64,000 bases of DNA from Candidatus Zixiibacteriota bacterium (GTDB lineage Bacteria; Zixibacteria; MSB-5A5; UM-FILTER-46-8): NCBI GenBank assembly GCA_026983835.1, contig JALSTH010000033.1, positions 1,213 to 65,212 of the forward strand, written 5' to 3'. This document shows positions 38,488-46,366 of the stretch, piece by piece; position 1 is the stretch's first letter, and every line of letters starts with the position of its first letter. The notes under the pieces are model-generated. The model ran no database searches. It saw nothing but the letters and a program-made list of their open reading frames with translations, and had not been told where the DNA came from. The position numbers were made by a program, and so were the translations under genes.

Positions 38488-39587
38488 TGCCTGTGTTTGT
38501 TCAGCTCTACATTTAAGGAATTAGATAAATCCGACCTCCCACTCTTATATAATTCCGATTTTATCTTTTCGTTAATTTTATCGGCAGCCATTATCGCCGC
38601 CACGCCAACAGCATTTTTGATAGCCTTGGGAGATGATCCGCCATGGCTTATAATACATATACCATCGATACCCAAAAGGGGGGCCCCTCCGTATTCGGAG
38701 TAATCCAATTTCTCCCGTACGCGTCGCATAACCGGACGCATTAAAAATGCCCCTAGATTGGATATGAGGTTTTTCCCTACCTGATGCTTCGCTTGGCTAC
38801 GGAAAAAACCCCCGACACTTTCCGCAAACTTCAACATAATATTCCCCACGAAACCATCGCAAACGATAACATCGCATTTCCCGTTAAGGATATCACGCCC
38901 CTCGATATTACCGAAAAAATTCACAGAAGAATGTGAAAACAGCTTATGGGTATTAACCGTTACTTCATTACCCTTGCTTGATTCCTCGCCGATGGATAAA
39001 AGACCTATCTTCGGGTTAGCTTTCTTATGCACGATCTTTGCATAAATTGCCCCCATAATGCCGAACTGGTATAGGTGCTGAGCTTTACAATCAGGATTCG
39101 CTCCGACATCTATAAGCACCGCCTTGTCTTTTTCGGTAGGGAAAACGGCTGCTATCGCCGGTCGGAGAACCCCGGGTAATCTCCCAAGCATCAACAAAGC
39201 GTGAGCCATCACCGCACCCGTATGGCCTGCGGAAACGGTAGCAGCAACTTCGCCCTTTTTTTGTAATTCCAAGGCGACATAAAGCGAAGAATCCTTCTTC
39301 TGGCGGTAAGCCTTGACCGCGCTATCGGACATTGAGATAGTTTCCTTGGTATGAATTACCGTCAAGGGCACCTCCCTTAGGCGGTGCCGTTCCATTTCGG
39401 CTTCTATCATCCGTGAGTTACCTACCAAAACCAACTCGATGCTATCCCCGAACTCCTCCACCGCCATTATTGCGCCCTCGACCACCACGGATGGGCCATA
39501 ATCCCCACCCATCGCATCCAAAGCGATTCTTACCTTTTTAGGGTTTCTCTGACCAGTTTCGGAAAACTTTTTATAATCGTCAAGCAA
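38484..39587 (-). CDS. plsX: Phosphate acyltransferase PlsX
   Basis: Full-length PlsX (IALDAMGGDYGP..., GNIMLK). It overlaps fabH2 by 4 nt. Confidence 0.9.
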   Translation of the reverse strand: MLDDYKKFSETGQRNPKKVRIALDAMGGDYGPSVVVEGAIMAVEEFGDSIELVLVGNSRMIEAEMERHRLREVPLTVIHTKETISMSDSAVKAYRQKKDSSLYVALELQKKGEVAATVSAGHTGAVMAHALLMLGRLPGVLRPAIAAVFPTEKDKAVLIDVGANPDCKAQHLYQFGIMGAIYAKIVHKKANPKIGLLSIGEESSKGNEVTVNTHKLFSHSSVNFFGNIEGRDILNGKCDVIVCDGFVGNIMLKFAESVGGFFRSQAKHQVGKNLISNLGAFLMRPVMRRVREKLDYSEYGGAPLLGIDGICIISHGGSSPKAIKNAVGVAAIMAADKINEKIKSELYKSGRSDLSNSLNVELNKHRH

Positions 39588-39589
39588 TT

Positions 39590-39778
39590 TTAACTTCTCA
39601 ATTTATCTTCGGATAATATCTGTTTACCATCGTAATACCCGCAATGGGGACAAACCCGATGGGGGAGTTTCCTCTGCGAACAATGCGGGCAAATTGAAAG
39701 GGAGGGAACATCAAGTTTCCAATGTGTGCGTCTTTTGGCGCCTCTGGAATGCGAATGTCTTCTTTTTGGAAGTGGCAT
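39590..39778 (-). CDS. rpmF: 50S ribosomal protein L32
   Basis: PLPKRRHSHSRGAKRRTH plus a CxxC...CxxC zinc ribbon; 62 aa. Confidence 0.9.
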   Translation of the reverse strand: MPLPKRRHSHSRGAKRRTHWKLDVPSLSICPHCSQRKLPHRVCPHCGYYDGKQILSEDKLRS

Positions 39779-39806
39779 CTATAACTCCTCGACTGGTTTT
39801 TATTCT

Positions 39807-40322
39807 TTATCGGTTGCGATTTAACAACTTCCCTAAATCGTCCCAATAGCCGCTGTCATCGGGCGGCTTACAACTACATCGATTTACATTTAAATCCGTT
39901 CCACAATAAGGGCATAATCCCTTACAATTCGGATCGCATAATATCTTCGACGGGAGTGCCATTAAAAATAGCTCTCTGAAATGAGGCGCAAGATTATATT
40001 CGGCTTGAGACTTTGGAATTATCACGAAATCATCATCGCCGGTATCATAATCTCCCGCTCCTTCCACCCGCTGAATTACCAACTTTATATTCACCTCAAG
40101 ATGAATATTTATCGGCTTAAGGCAGCGAAAACACTCCCCCCCCGCCGTCGTACTTCCCGTCCCGGAAATAATAATCTTATCTTCGGACGGAAATGTATGT
40201 ATAACGGCTTTTATATTGTCATTAAAAATTACATCGGTATAATCGAAAACCAATTCCTCGGGACCTACATCGAAAGTATAATCACGAAGTCCCGATTCGA
40301 TTTTCCGAAAATCAATTTTCAT
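39807..40322 (-). CDS. yceD: YceD/DUF177 family protein (large-subunit assembly factor), the usual partner of rpmF
   Basis: Conserved position upstream of rpmF and plsX; C-terminal CxxC...CxxC. Confidence 0.75.
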   Translation of the reverse strand: MKIDFRKIESGLRDYTFDVGPEELVFDYTDVIFNDNIKAVIHTFPSEDKIIISGTGSTTAGGECFRCLKPINIHLEVNIKLVIQRVEGAGDYDTGDDDFVIIPKSQAEYNLAPHFRELFLMALPSKILCDPNCKGLCPYCGTDLNVNRCSCKPPDDSGYWDDLGKLLNRNR

Positions 40323-40442
40323 AAAAGTTTCATTTTAAGCATTTTTTATATTTTTGTCAAGTATTTTATATCTGCTATATATTCTGCCCATCATTAATTA
40401 TTATACTTTCCAAAGGGATATTTATCGCCCCAAATCATTTAA

Positions 40443-41672
40443 TCAATGCATATTTTTATTCCATACTTCGCGAAAGTGCCCAAAAACCTTAATTCTGTTT
40501 TTAAGGGTCAGGTTAAGTATAAGTTCAACCAAAATATACAATCCATAGAACAAGAGAATCTCTTCCCGTAAGTGCGGGTATATAAACTGCGCCAACCATA
40601 ATATAAACAAGGCCGCTGCTTCATACCATTCGAAGCGCATATTAGCTAAAACAAGAAAACCCAATATTGCCTGAAGAGCAGTCATTAATATCTCCACCCT
40701 ATGGCTCGTATCGAATTGTATGGTGTAAAGCCCTCCACGGGAAATACAATATACAATTGGTATCATTCCGATAAGCAAAGTCAATTCCGCTATGCCCGAA
40801 GATATCATATTCATCAAAGACATAGATGATTTGCTTACCGTTTTAGCCCAATAGATAGCTGATATTTTCTCCGGGAATTCCGATAAAAACGGTGCCACCC
40901 ATTGAATAAAAACAAAAGTTGAAACCCCCAATGTTATCGACAGTCCCATCATACTATCCAAAAACGGTTCCGCAATTATTATTATGCCTGCCCCCCCAAT
41001 TACGAAACAACTCCAAACAAGGGTGTTGCGAAGCCAGCGCTCCCGAGTCAGTATAAATCTCGGCATTGGTTCGGCCTCGTTTATTTTTTCCTCCTCTTCA
41101 GGTGGTATTCTTAGCAAAAGCATAACATAGATGCCATATAGGATAAACAAAATTGCAGTATCGAGGAGGTGAAGCGATCCTTTGGCAGCTATATAAACCG
41201 CATATAATGCCGGAACGAAAAGCCCTATCAGTTCTACCGACTGATGTTTTTCCAAAAGTATCGGAGCAACTACCCCGCGGGAGTGCTTTCGAAAATTGAA
41301 AATAAAAGATACAAAATAAATAAGGGGCCAACCCAAACCCACAAGCAATCGTAATGCCCCCGTAAAATTAGCCGTCATCAGCCCGATATTTTCCATAGTC
41401 GGGACCTGTCCCGCCCTAAACGCAATCACACCCTCGATTGCAAATTCGGGCAATGTCTGAATTAGGGCTAACAGGGTAAGAGCCATACCCTGCGATACCA
41501 AAAATTGCGCCGATTCGGCTCCCCACGCTATAACTACGGATGATAGAAGTATCCCCGGAAAAGTCCAAAAGGCGGAATAAGCCTTTGCCTTCGCAACTTC
41601 TTTGGAAAGCTCAGCCGCACCCGTTATACCCGCACCCCTCAAAGAGATATTGAATTTTCCCTTGATTTTCAT
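40443..41672 (-). CDS. Polytopic membrane protein, possibly a divergent CaCA-type cation antiporter
   Basis: About 10-11 TM segments with an internal two-fold repeat, each half bearing an alpha-repeat-like motif ending in PEF/SEF (LTLLALIQTLPEF; GVSTFVFIQWVAPFLSEF). Confidence 0.4.
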   Translation of the reverse strand: MKIKGKFNISLRGAGITGAAELSKEVAKAKAYSAFWTFPGILLSSVVIAWGAESAQFLVSQGMALTLLALIQTLPEFAIEGVIAFRAGQVPTMENIGLMTANFTGALRLLVGLGWPLIYFVSFIFNFRKHSRGVVAPILLEKHQSVELIGLFVPALYAVYIAAKGSLHLLDTAILFILYGIYVMLLLRIPPEEEEKINEAEPMPRFILTRERWLRNTLVWSCFVIGGAGIIIIAEPFLDSMMGLSITLGVSTFVFIQWVAPFLSEFPEKISAIYWAKTVSKSSMSLMNMISSGIAELTLLIGMIPIVYCISRGGLYTIQFDTSHRVEILMTALQAILGFLVLANMRFEWYEAAALFILWLAQFIYPHLREEILLFYGLYILVELILNLTLKNRIKVFGHFREVWNKNMH

Positions 41673-42577
41673 CCGCGCACGATTTTATCAATAATATCTC
41701 TGACACTGATAATACCCACGAGCCTGCCATCATCGACCACCGCAACCCTCCTGGCCCCCTTAAACAGCATAAGCGCCACGACCTCCGCGATCGAGCTTTC
41801 AGGCTCGACCGATGCCATTGGAGAAGTCATTACTTTTTTAACGATTATTTTCTCCTCATTCCGTAAAAGTTCCTCCATCGGCTCAGCCTCGGGCAGTTCA
41901 GCCAAATTCGCTAAAAGGCTTTGATAATTGGGCATTGCGAATTTAAGAAGATCAACATCTGTTATCTCCCCCAGCAATACCAGTCCCTCTCCCACAACCG
42001 GCAAACCTGAAATTTTATGCTGGAAAAAAAGATCGGCGGCATTCCGTAATGTGGCATCCGCTTTTATTGTAATCACATCTCTGTTAACAATGTCCGCCAC
42101 GGTTAGATTTCGGGAAATTGTTATATTGGCATCGAAAAATAAGTCCACAACTTCGTTTCCATCTTTTGCGTTCAATATTTTATCCGCCATTCCGGGCATT
42201 CTTATAAATCGGCTTACGGCCGCCAATGTCTGCAAATAATAGCCGGGAATACTTTTGGGCGTAAGTATGAGGATAAATATTTTCAGAGGCTGTTCGTTGT
42301 CGGGAAGTTCGGCTTTAATCCCATAATGTGTAATCCCTATCGCTATAATTATATCCTCGACCTCGTCTGTTCGAGCATGTGGGATTGCTATTCCATTGTC
42401 AACTATTGTCGGGGAAAGCCTTTCCCGTTCCATCACCAACCCCAAAACTTCCTTGATGTCAAAACCGGGTTTATCCTCGGCTATTAGTTCCAAAAGGGCA
42501 CTTATCACATCGGAAAATGTTGTCGCTTTAATATCGACATCTATAAATTCAGGGTTCAATAATGAGGCTAATTTCAT
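41669..42577 (-). CDS. PTS EIIA(Ntr)-type (EIIA-2) domain fused to a CBS-domain pair. The start is set at MKLASL.
   Basis: The N-terminal EIIA-2 has the phosphorylatable His box NGIAIPHARTD; the C-terminal half is two CBS repeats. The stop/start overlaps the membrane-protein gene (ATGA). Confidence 0.7.
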   Translation of the reverse strand: MKLASLLNPEFIDVDIKATTFSDVISALLELIAEDKPGFDIKEVLGLVMERERLSPTIVDNGIAIPHARTDEVEDIIIAIGITHYGIKAELPDNEQPLKIFILILTPKSIPGYYLQTLAAVSRFIRMPGMADKILNAKDGNEVVDLFFDANITISRNLTVADIVNRDVITIKADATLRNAADLFFQHKISGLPVVGEGLVLLGEITDVDLLKFAMPNYQSLLANLAELPEAEPMEELLRNEEKIIVKKVMTSPMASVEPESSIAEVVALMLFKGARRVAVVDDGRLVGIISVRDIIDKIVRG

Positions 42578-42692
42578 ATTTGTTATTCTCCCGCACAACC
42601 ATAAAAAAGTGACGCTGAAATGTCAATAAAATTCGGAGGGTGGAATAGATTAACAAACGGAGCTGTCAATAAAGCGAAAACAAATAATCAAA

Positions 42693-43757
42693 TTAAATTC
42701 TCAGCTTCTCGATAATATCATCGGATAATGGCGGGACAGTTAACAATCGGGGTTTTTCGCTTCCCGATTTAATATGTATCCTAACTTCTTTTTGATATTT
42801 TCCGTCGCAATAACGGGCAGTCAAGCGGGCGGCAATTTCAATGGCATCGTAATTATCCGTGCTTTCCACTAAAGTAGTGGGACCTACATAATCGGTTGCT
42901 TCCAACATCAACTCGCTTTCGGCATTATCGTTATAGAACTTCTCGAGGGTAATATTTTCCTTTTCATTCCTTCCCACTATTATTTTTATCCCCTCGAAAC
43001 GGAAATGTCTTCCGTATTTCAAATGCTCAACTTCCGCAAACCCAAACGAAGGGTTATGCTCCAATAAATCCCTCAGTTTCTTTGAAAACGATTTATCCGT
43101 CAGTAGGCATCCGCCTGCGGGCGAGGTGTAATCCGTAATTCCCAATTCCTTCGCAAGCTTCATTTGAGGTTTCCGCGATCTGCCAGAAAGGGATAATAGC
43201 TTCTCCATATCCACCCACCCTTTTTTTTCCGCTTTTGTTTCGGGGAGGATTTTACCCGAAAGGGGCCTCAATATCAGCCCGTGGCAGTTCGCTTCCTTTT
43301 CAATCTGTCTTATGGTGGGCTTCATTTGACTCATCGGACGCTGACCCACCACTTCCCCCGTAATCAGAAAATCCGCCCCGATTTCTTCCATATATCTACG
43401 AGCTTTCTTCAAGAAAAATATACGGCAATCGATACAGGGATTCATTTCCGAGCCATAACCGTGTCGTGGGTTTTTAATGACATCGAGATAATCCTCGCCT
43501 ACGATAACCCTCTTTAATTCCACCGCACAGCTCTTACAAATGGAAACCGCTGCGGACTGTTCGCTCTTGCCTCCCGCGGAGTCGTTAAATGGGGAAACGA
43601 AATTTATCGCGAATACATCGACTCCCATATCGGCAACTAATTTTACGGCAAGGCCGGAATCCAATCCGCCCGAAACCAATGCTACCGCTTTGGGCTTGAT
43701 AACCGACTTGTTTTCCCCTTCGGATAATTTCATACTGCCGGGCCGGGGATAAATCAT
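42693..43757 (-). CDS. PP-loop ATP pyrophosphatase, ThiI-like and lacking a THUMP domain (probable tRNA thiolation or sulfur-transfer enzyme)
   Basis: PP-loop LVSGGLDSGLA, a ThiI-like ITGEVVGQRPMSQ...LILRPL block, and two CxxC pairs. Confidence 0.55.
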   Translation of the reverse strand: MIYPRPGSMKLSEGENKSVIKPKAVALVSGGLDSGLAVKLVADMGVDVFAINFVSPFNDSAGGKSEQSAAVSICKSCAVELKRVIVGEDYLDVIKNPRHGYGSEMNPCIDCRIFFLKKARRYMEEIGADFLITGEVVGQRPMSQMKPTIRQIEKEANCHGLILRPLSGKILPETKAEKKGWVDMEKLLSLSGRSRKPQMKLAKELGITDYTSPAGGCLLTDKSFSKKLRDLLEHNPSFGFAEVEHLKYGRHFRFEGIKIIVGRNEKENITLEKFYNDNAESELMLEATDYVGPTTLVESTDNYDAIEIAARLTARYCDGKYQKEVRIHIKSGSEKPRLLTVPPLSDDIIEKLRI

Positions 43758-43816
43758 TTTTTTACCTCGACAGGTTAGGCTCTTTTACAGCTCCTCGGCC
43801 CAAAAGAGCAGACCCA

Positions 43817-44263
43817 TCAATTCTCCGACATTATATTGTTATCGTATTCGATCTCGAAACGGAGTTTATGCTTTGCTTCTTCCTGCGCTAATGCTAAGAA
43901 TAATTTTCTTACATCGGCGTCATTGGTCCTTTCCGCTAAATCGGTATAAAGGTGGAAAGCTGCTTTTTCGCGTTTCATAGCTACAATAAGGATATCCTGA
44001 TACGACATATCATCCGATACTTTCACTGTTACCGTATAATCGGCGATTTTTAAATCGTTGATTTTTGTGAGTTCCGGAATTCCTTGAATGCCGGCGGATA
44101 TCTCTTCCAACTTCTTCTTATGTCCCCATTCTTCCTGCTCGAATTCCTTCAACACATTTTTCAAGGACTCAAACTTCGCCTTGTCCGCCAAATCGGCGTA
44201 AAAACGAGCGGCATCCTCTTCGCGTTTGATAGCAAAATCCAAGATGTCTTGAATATTATCCAT
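43817..44263 (-). CDS. Rubrerythrin/ferritin-like diiron protein without a rubredoxin domain
   Basis: Two ExxH-containing helical repeats (EQEEWGHKKKLEE and AQEEAKHKLRFE) in a 148-aa four-helix-type protein. Confidence 0.65.
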   Translation of the reverse strand: MDNIQDILDFAIKREEDAARFYADLADKAKFESLKNVLKEFEQEEWGHKKKLEEISAGIQGIPELTKINDLKIADYTVTVKVSDDMSYQDILIVAMKREKAAFHLYTDLAERTNDADVRKLFLALAQEEAKHKLRFEIEYDNNIMSEN

Positions 44264-44357
44264 AGCAATCTCCTCAATTCTTAAAAATCAATTATAAGAT
44301 TGGTCAAGTTAATCAATCATAAACATAAAATCAATTTTTTTTTCAATAAATTGGCTG

Positions 44358-44703
44358 TTGTTTAACCTTTTTGAAAATCCGCCGATAAATCCGAAATCGG
44401 CGGATATTTATACCGAAAGATGTTTAATCCCTCAAAATACCCCATTGGGCGATTACTATTATATCGCTTATCGCGGAGGTTATCCGAATATAGATGACTC
44501 CGCATCCATTCAAAAATTCAACGACTTTGGAATTTCAAATCGATAGGAATAGCCTTGTGCGATCGGAGATTTTCGATATACGGAGACGAAAGATCCGAAC
44601 CATAATTCGGGGTATTATTCCAAGCCTAAAAAATGTTTATGAAAAATATAATCGGCGGATAGCTCCGGATGAAAAGTTAAAGCTATCTTATTGCCGGAGA
44701 TAA
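44358..44703 (+). pseudogene. Frameshifted relic of a T9SS C-terminal sorting domain (a decayed cargo gene)
   Basis: Frame A ends ...GGYPN(IDDSASIQKF); frame B, shifted +1, reads HPFKNSTTLEFQIDRNSLVRSEIFDIRRRKIRTII. Together they reconstruct the CTD consensus YPNPFNxSTTIEFQL...V.L.IYDI.GRKVRTL. No intact body lies upstream. Confidence 0.5.
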
Positions 44704-45193
44704 CGCCGGTAATCTCATTTCCCAACCAAGCTATCGGTTTGACATCCTCCCCGATGCGGGTTATTTTGGGGGCGCGTATAAAAATCATTTCAAACGGCTC
44801 GTCGGACAGAGCTATTTTCCCGTAATCGGTAAAGGAATGAACCTGCCTTCCATAGGCGTTGCGTTTGATGGTGATATCAAGCATTCCCCAACCGATGCTT
44901 TTCGGGTTCTCGATATCCGTAGCCATCAGAATCGACCCCATACAGGTTCCCATAACCGGACCGGGAAATTGTGCCAATTTATCCCAATATCCATCCTCAT
45001 AAGCGACCTTGCGGATGGTAGTGGATTCCCCGCCGGGTATGATTAAATGGGTGATATCATCGATATCTTCGCTTTTGCGGACCTCCCTTACTTTCGCTCC
45101 CAGCCCTCTTAATATAGAGATGTGAGCTGAATAGTCCCCTTGAATAGCCAGCACCCCGACAAGGGGTGCTGACTTCGAGAAACGATTTTCCAC
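44615..45193 (-). CDS. pdxT: Pyridoxal 5'-phosphate synthase glutaminase subunit
   Basis: Class I glutamine amidotransferase with a catalytic Cys (GTCMG); adjacent to pdxS. Confidence 0.9.
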   Translation of the reverse strand: MENRFSKSAPLVGVLAIQGDYSAHISILRGLGAKVREVRKSEDIDDITHLIIPGGESTTIRKVAYEDGYWDKLAQFPGPVMGTCMGSILMATDIENPKSIGWGMLDITIKRNAYGRQVHSFTDYGKIALSDEPFEMIFIRAPKITRIGEDVKPIAWLGNEITGVISGNKIALTFHPELSADYIFHKHFLGLE

Positions 45194-45196
45194 AGC

Positions 45197-46075
45197 CTAC
45201 CTAGTCTGGAGCAATTGCTCTTCTGGTATTTGGCTTATATCCAATCCCTTCATCGCTTCGCCTAACGATTTCGACACTTCGCCAACTAATTTTGGGTCTT
45301 TGTAATGGGTGGTGGCTAAAACTATCGCTTTGGCGCGGACCGATGGATTTGAGGATTTGAATATCCCTGAGCCGACAAAAACCGATTCCGCACCCAATTG
45401 CATCATCAAGGAAGCATCCGCAGGAGTAGCTATGCCACCAGCGGCGAAATTCGGAACGGGAAGCCTACCGTTTAATTTAATGTACTTGACTAATTCATAC
45501 GGTGCTCCGAGATGCTTTGCTTCGGACATCAGTTGTTCATCATCGAGAGTTGTAATGCGACGAATGGCATCGTTTACCGCTCTCATATGGCGGACTGCTT
45601 CGATAATGTTTCCCGAACCGGCTTCGCCTTTGGTGCGTATAAGTGCAGCGCCTTCACCTATCCTTCTTAGTGCCTCACCCAAATTACGGCAGCCGCAAAC
45701 AAACGGCACTTTGAATTTGAATTTATCGATGTGATTGCTCTCATCGGCAGGCGTCAAAACTTCCGATTCATCGACAAAATCCACCTCTAACGCTTCCAAG
45801 ACCTGAGCTTCGGCGAAATGGCCGATTCGGCACTTTGCCATAACCGGAATGGAAACCGCCTCTTTTATATCTTCGATTATTTTCGGATCAGCCATACGGG
45901 CGACTCCGCCTTCAGCTCTGATATCGGCAGGGACCCTTTCCAAAGCCATCACGGCGCAGGCACCGGCTTCCTCGGCTATTTTAGCTTGCTCGGCGTTGGT
46001 GACATCCATTATCACCCCGCCTTTGAGCATCTCCGCCAATCCGACTTTTACTTTGAAATCTTTATCTTCCAACAT
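45197..46075 (-). CDS. pdxS: Pyridoxal 5'-phosphate synthase lyase subunit
   Basis: Highly conserved PdxS/SNZ sequence (GGVIMDV...[19 protein letters not shown]). Confidence 0.95.
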   Translation of the reverse strand: MLEDKDFKVKVGLAEMLKGGVIMDVTNAEQAKIAEEAGACAVMALERVPADIRAEGGVARMADPKIIEDIKEAVSIPVMAKCRIGHFAEAQVLEALEVDFVDESEVLTPADESNHIDKFKFKVPFVCGCRNLGEALRRIGEGAALIRTKGEAGSGNIIEAVRHMRAVNDAIRRITTLDDEQLMSEAKHLGAPYELVKYIKLNGRLPVPNFAAGGIATPADASLMMQLGAESVFVGSGIFKSSNPSVRAKAIVLATTHYKDPKLVGEVSKSLGEAMKGLDISQIPEEQLLQTR

Positions 46076-46366
46076 AACCGACCTCTCATTAAATTATAAC
46101 TGGCATCCAAATATAATTTTAAATAACTATTAATTATAGTATAAAATATCGTTATGTCAAATATAATCGCCCGACATATGTTAAAATAAGGTTGTGATAT
46201 TCGTTCGCATCGATTTGATATTTATATCACGGTTGTTCCTTTAAGTGCTGTTTATCTATCTTTTTGGTAATCGATTTTCCATAAAAGCGTAAAATGGTTT
46301 GACAAATGGTATTATAAGTCGTTTAGTATTTACCTAACCTGTCGGTTACGGTTTTATGAGGAGATT

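Noticed and set aside
39598-39846. 82-aa ORF overlapping rpmF
   Set aside because: It is out-of-frame with a highly conserved L32 gene, and I found no independent support.
44383-44410. 8-bp hairpin ccgccgat-aaatccgaa-atcggcgg, considered as a terminator or operator upstream of the rubrerythrin-like gene
   Set aside because: It is on the promoter side of the rubrerythrin gene, with no U-tract and no plus-strand gene upstream. It lies within the pseudogene debris, so its function cannot be assigned.
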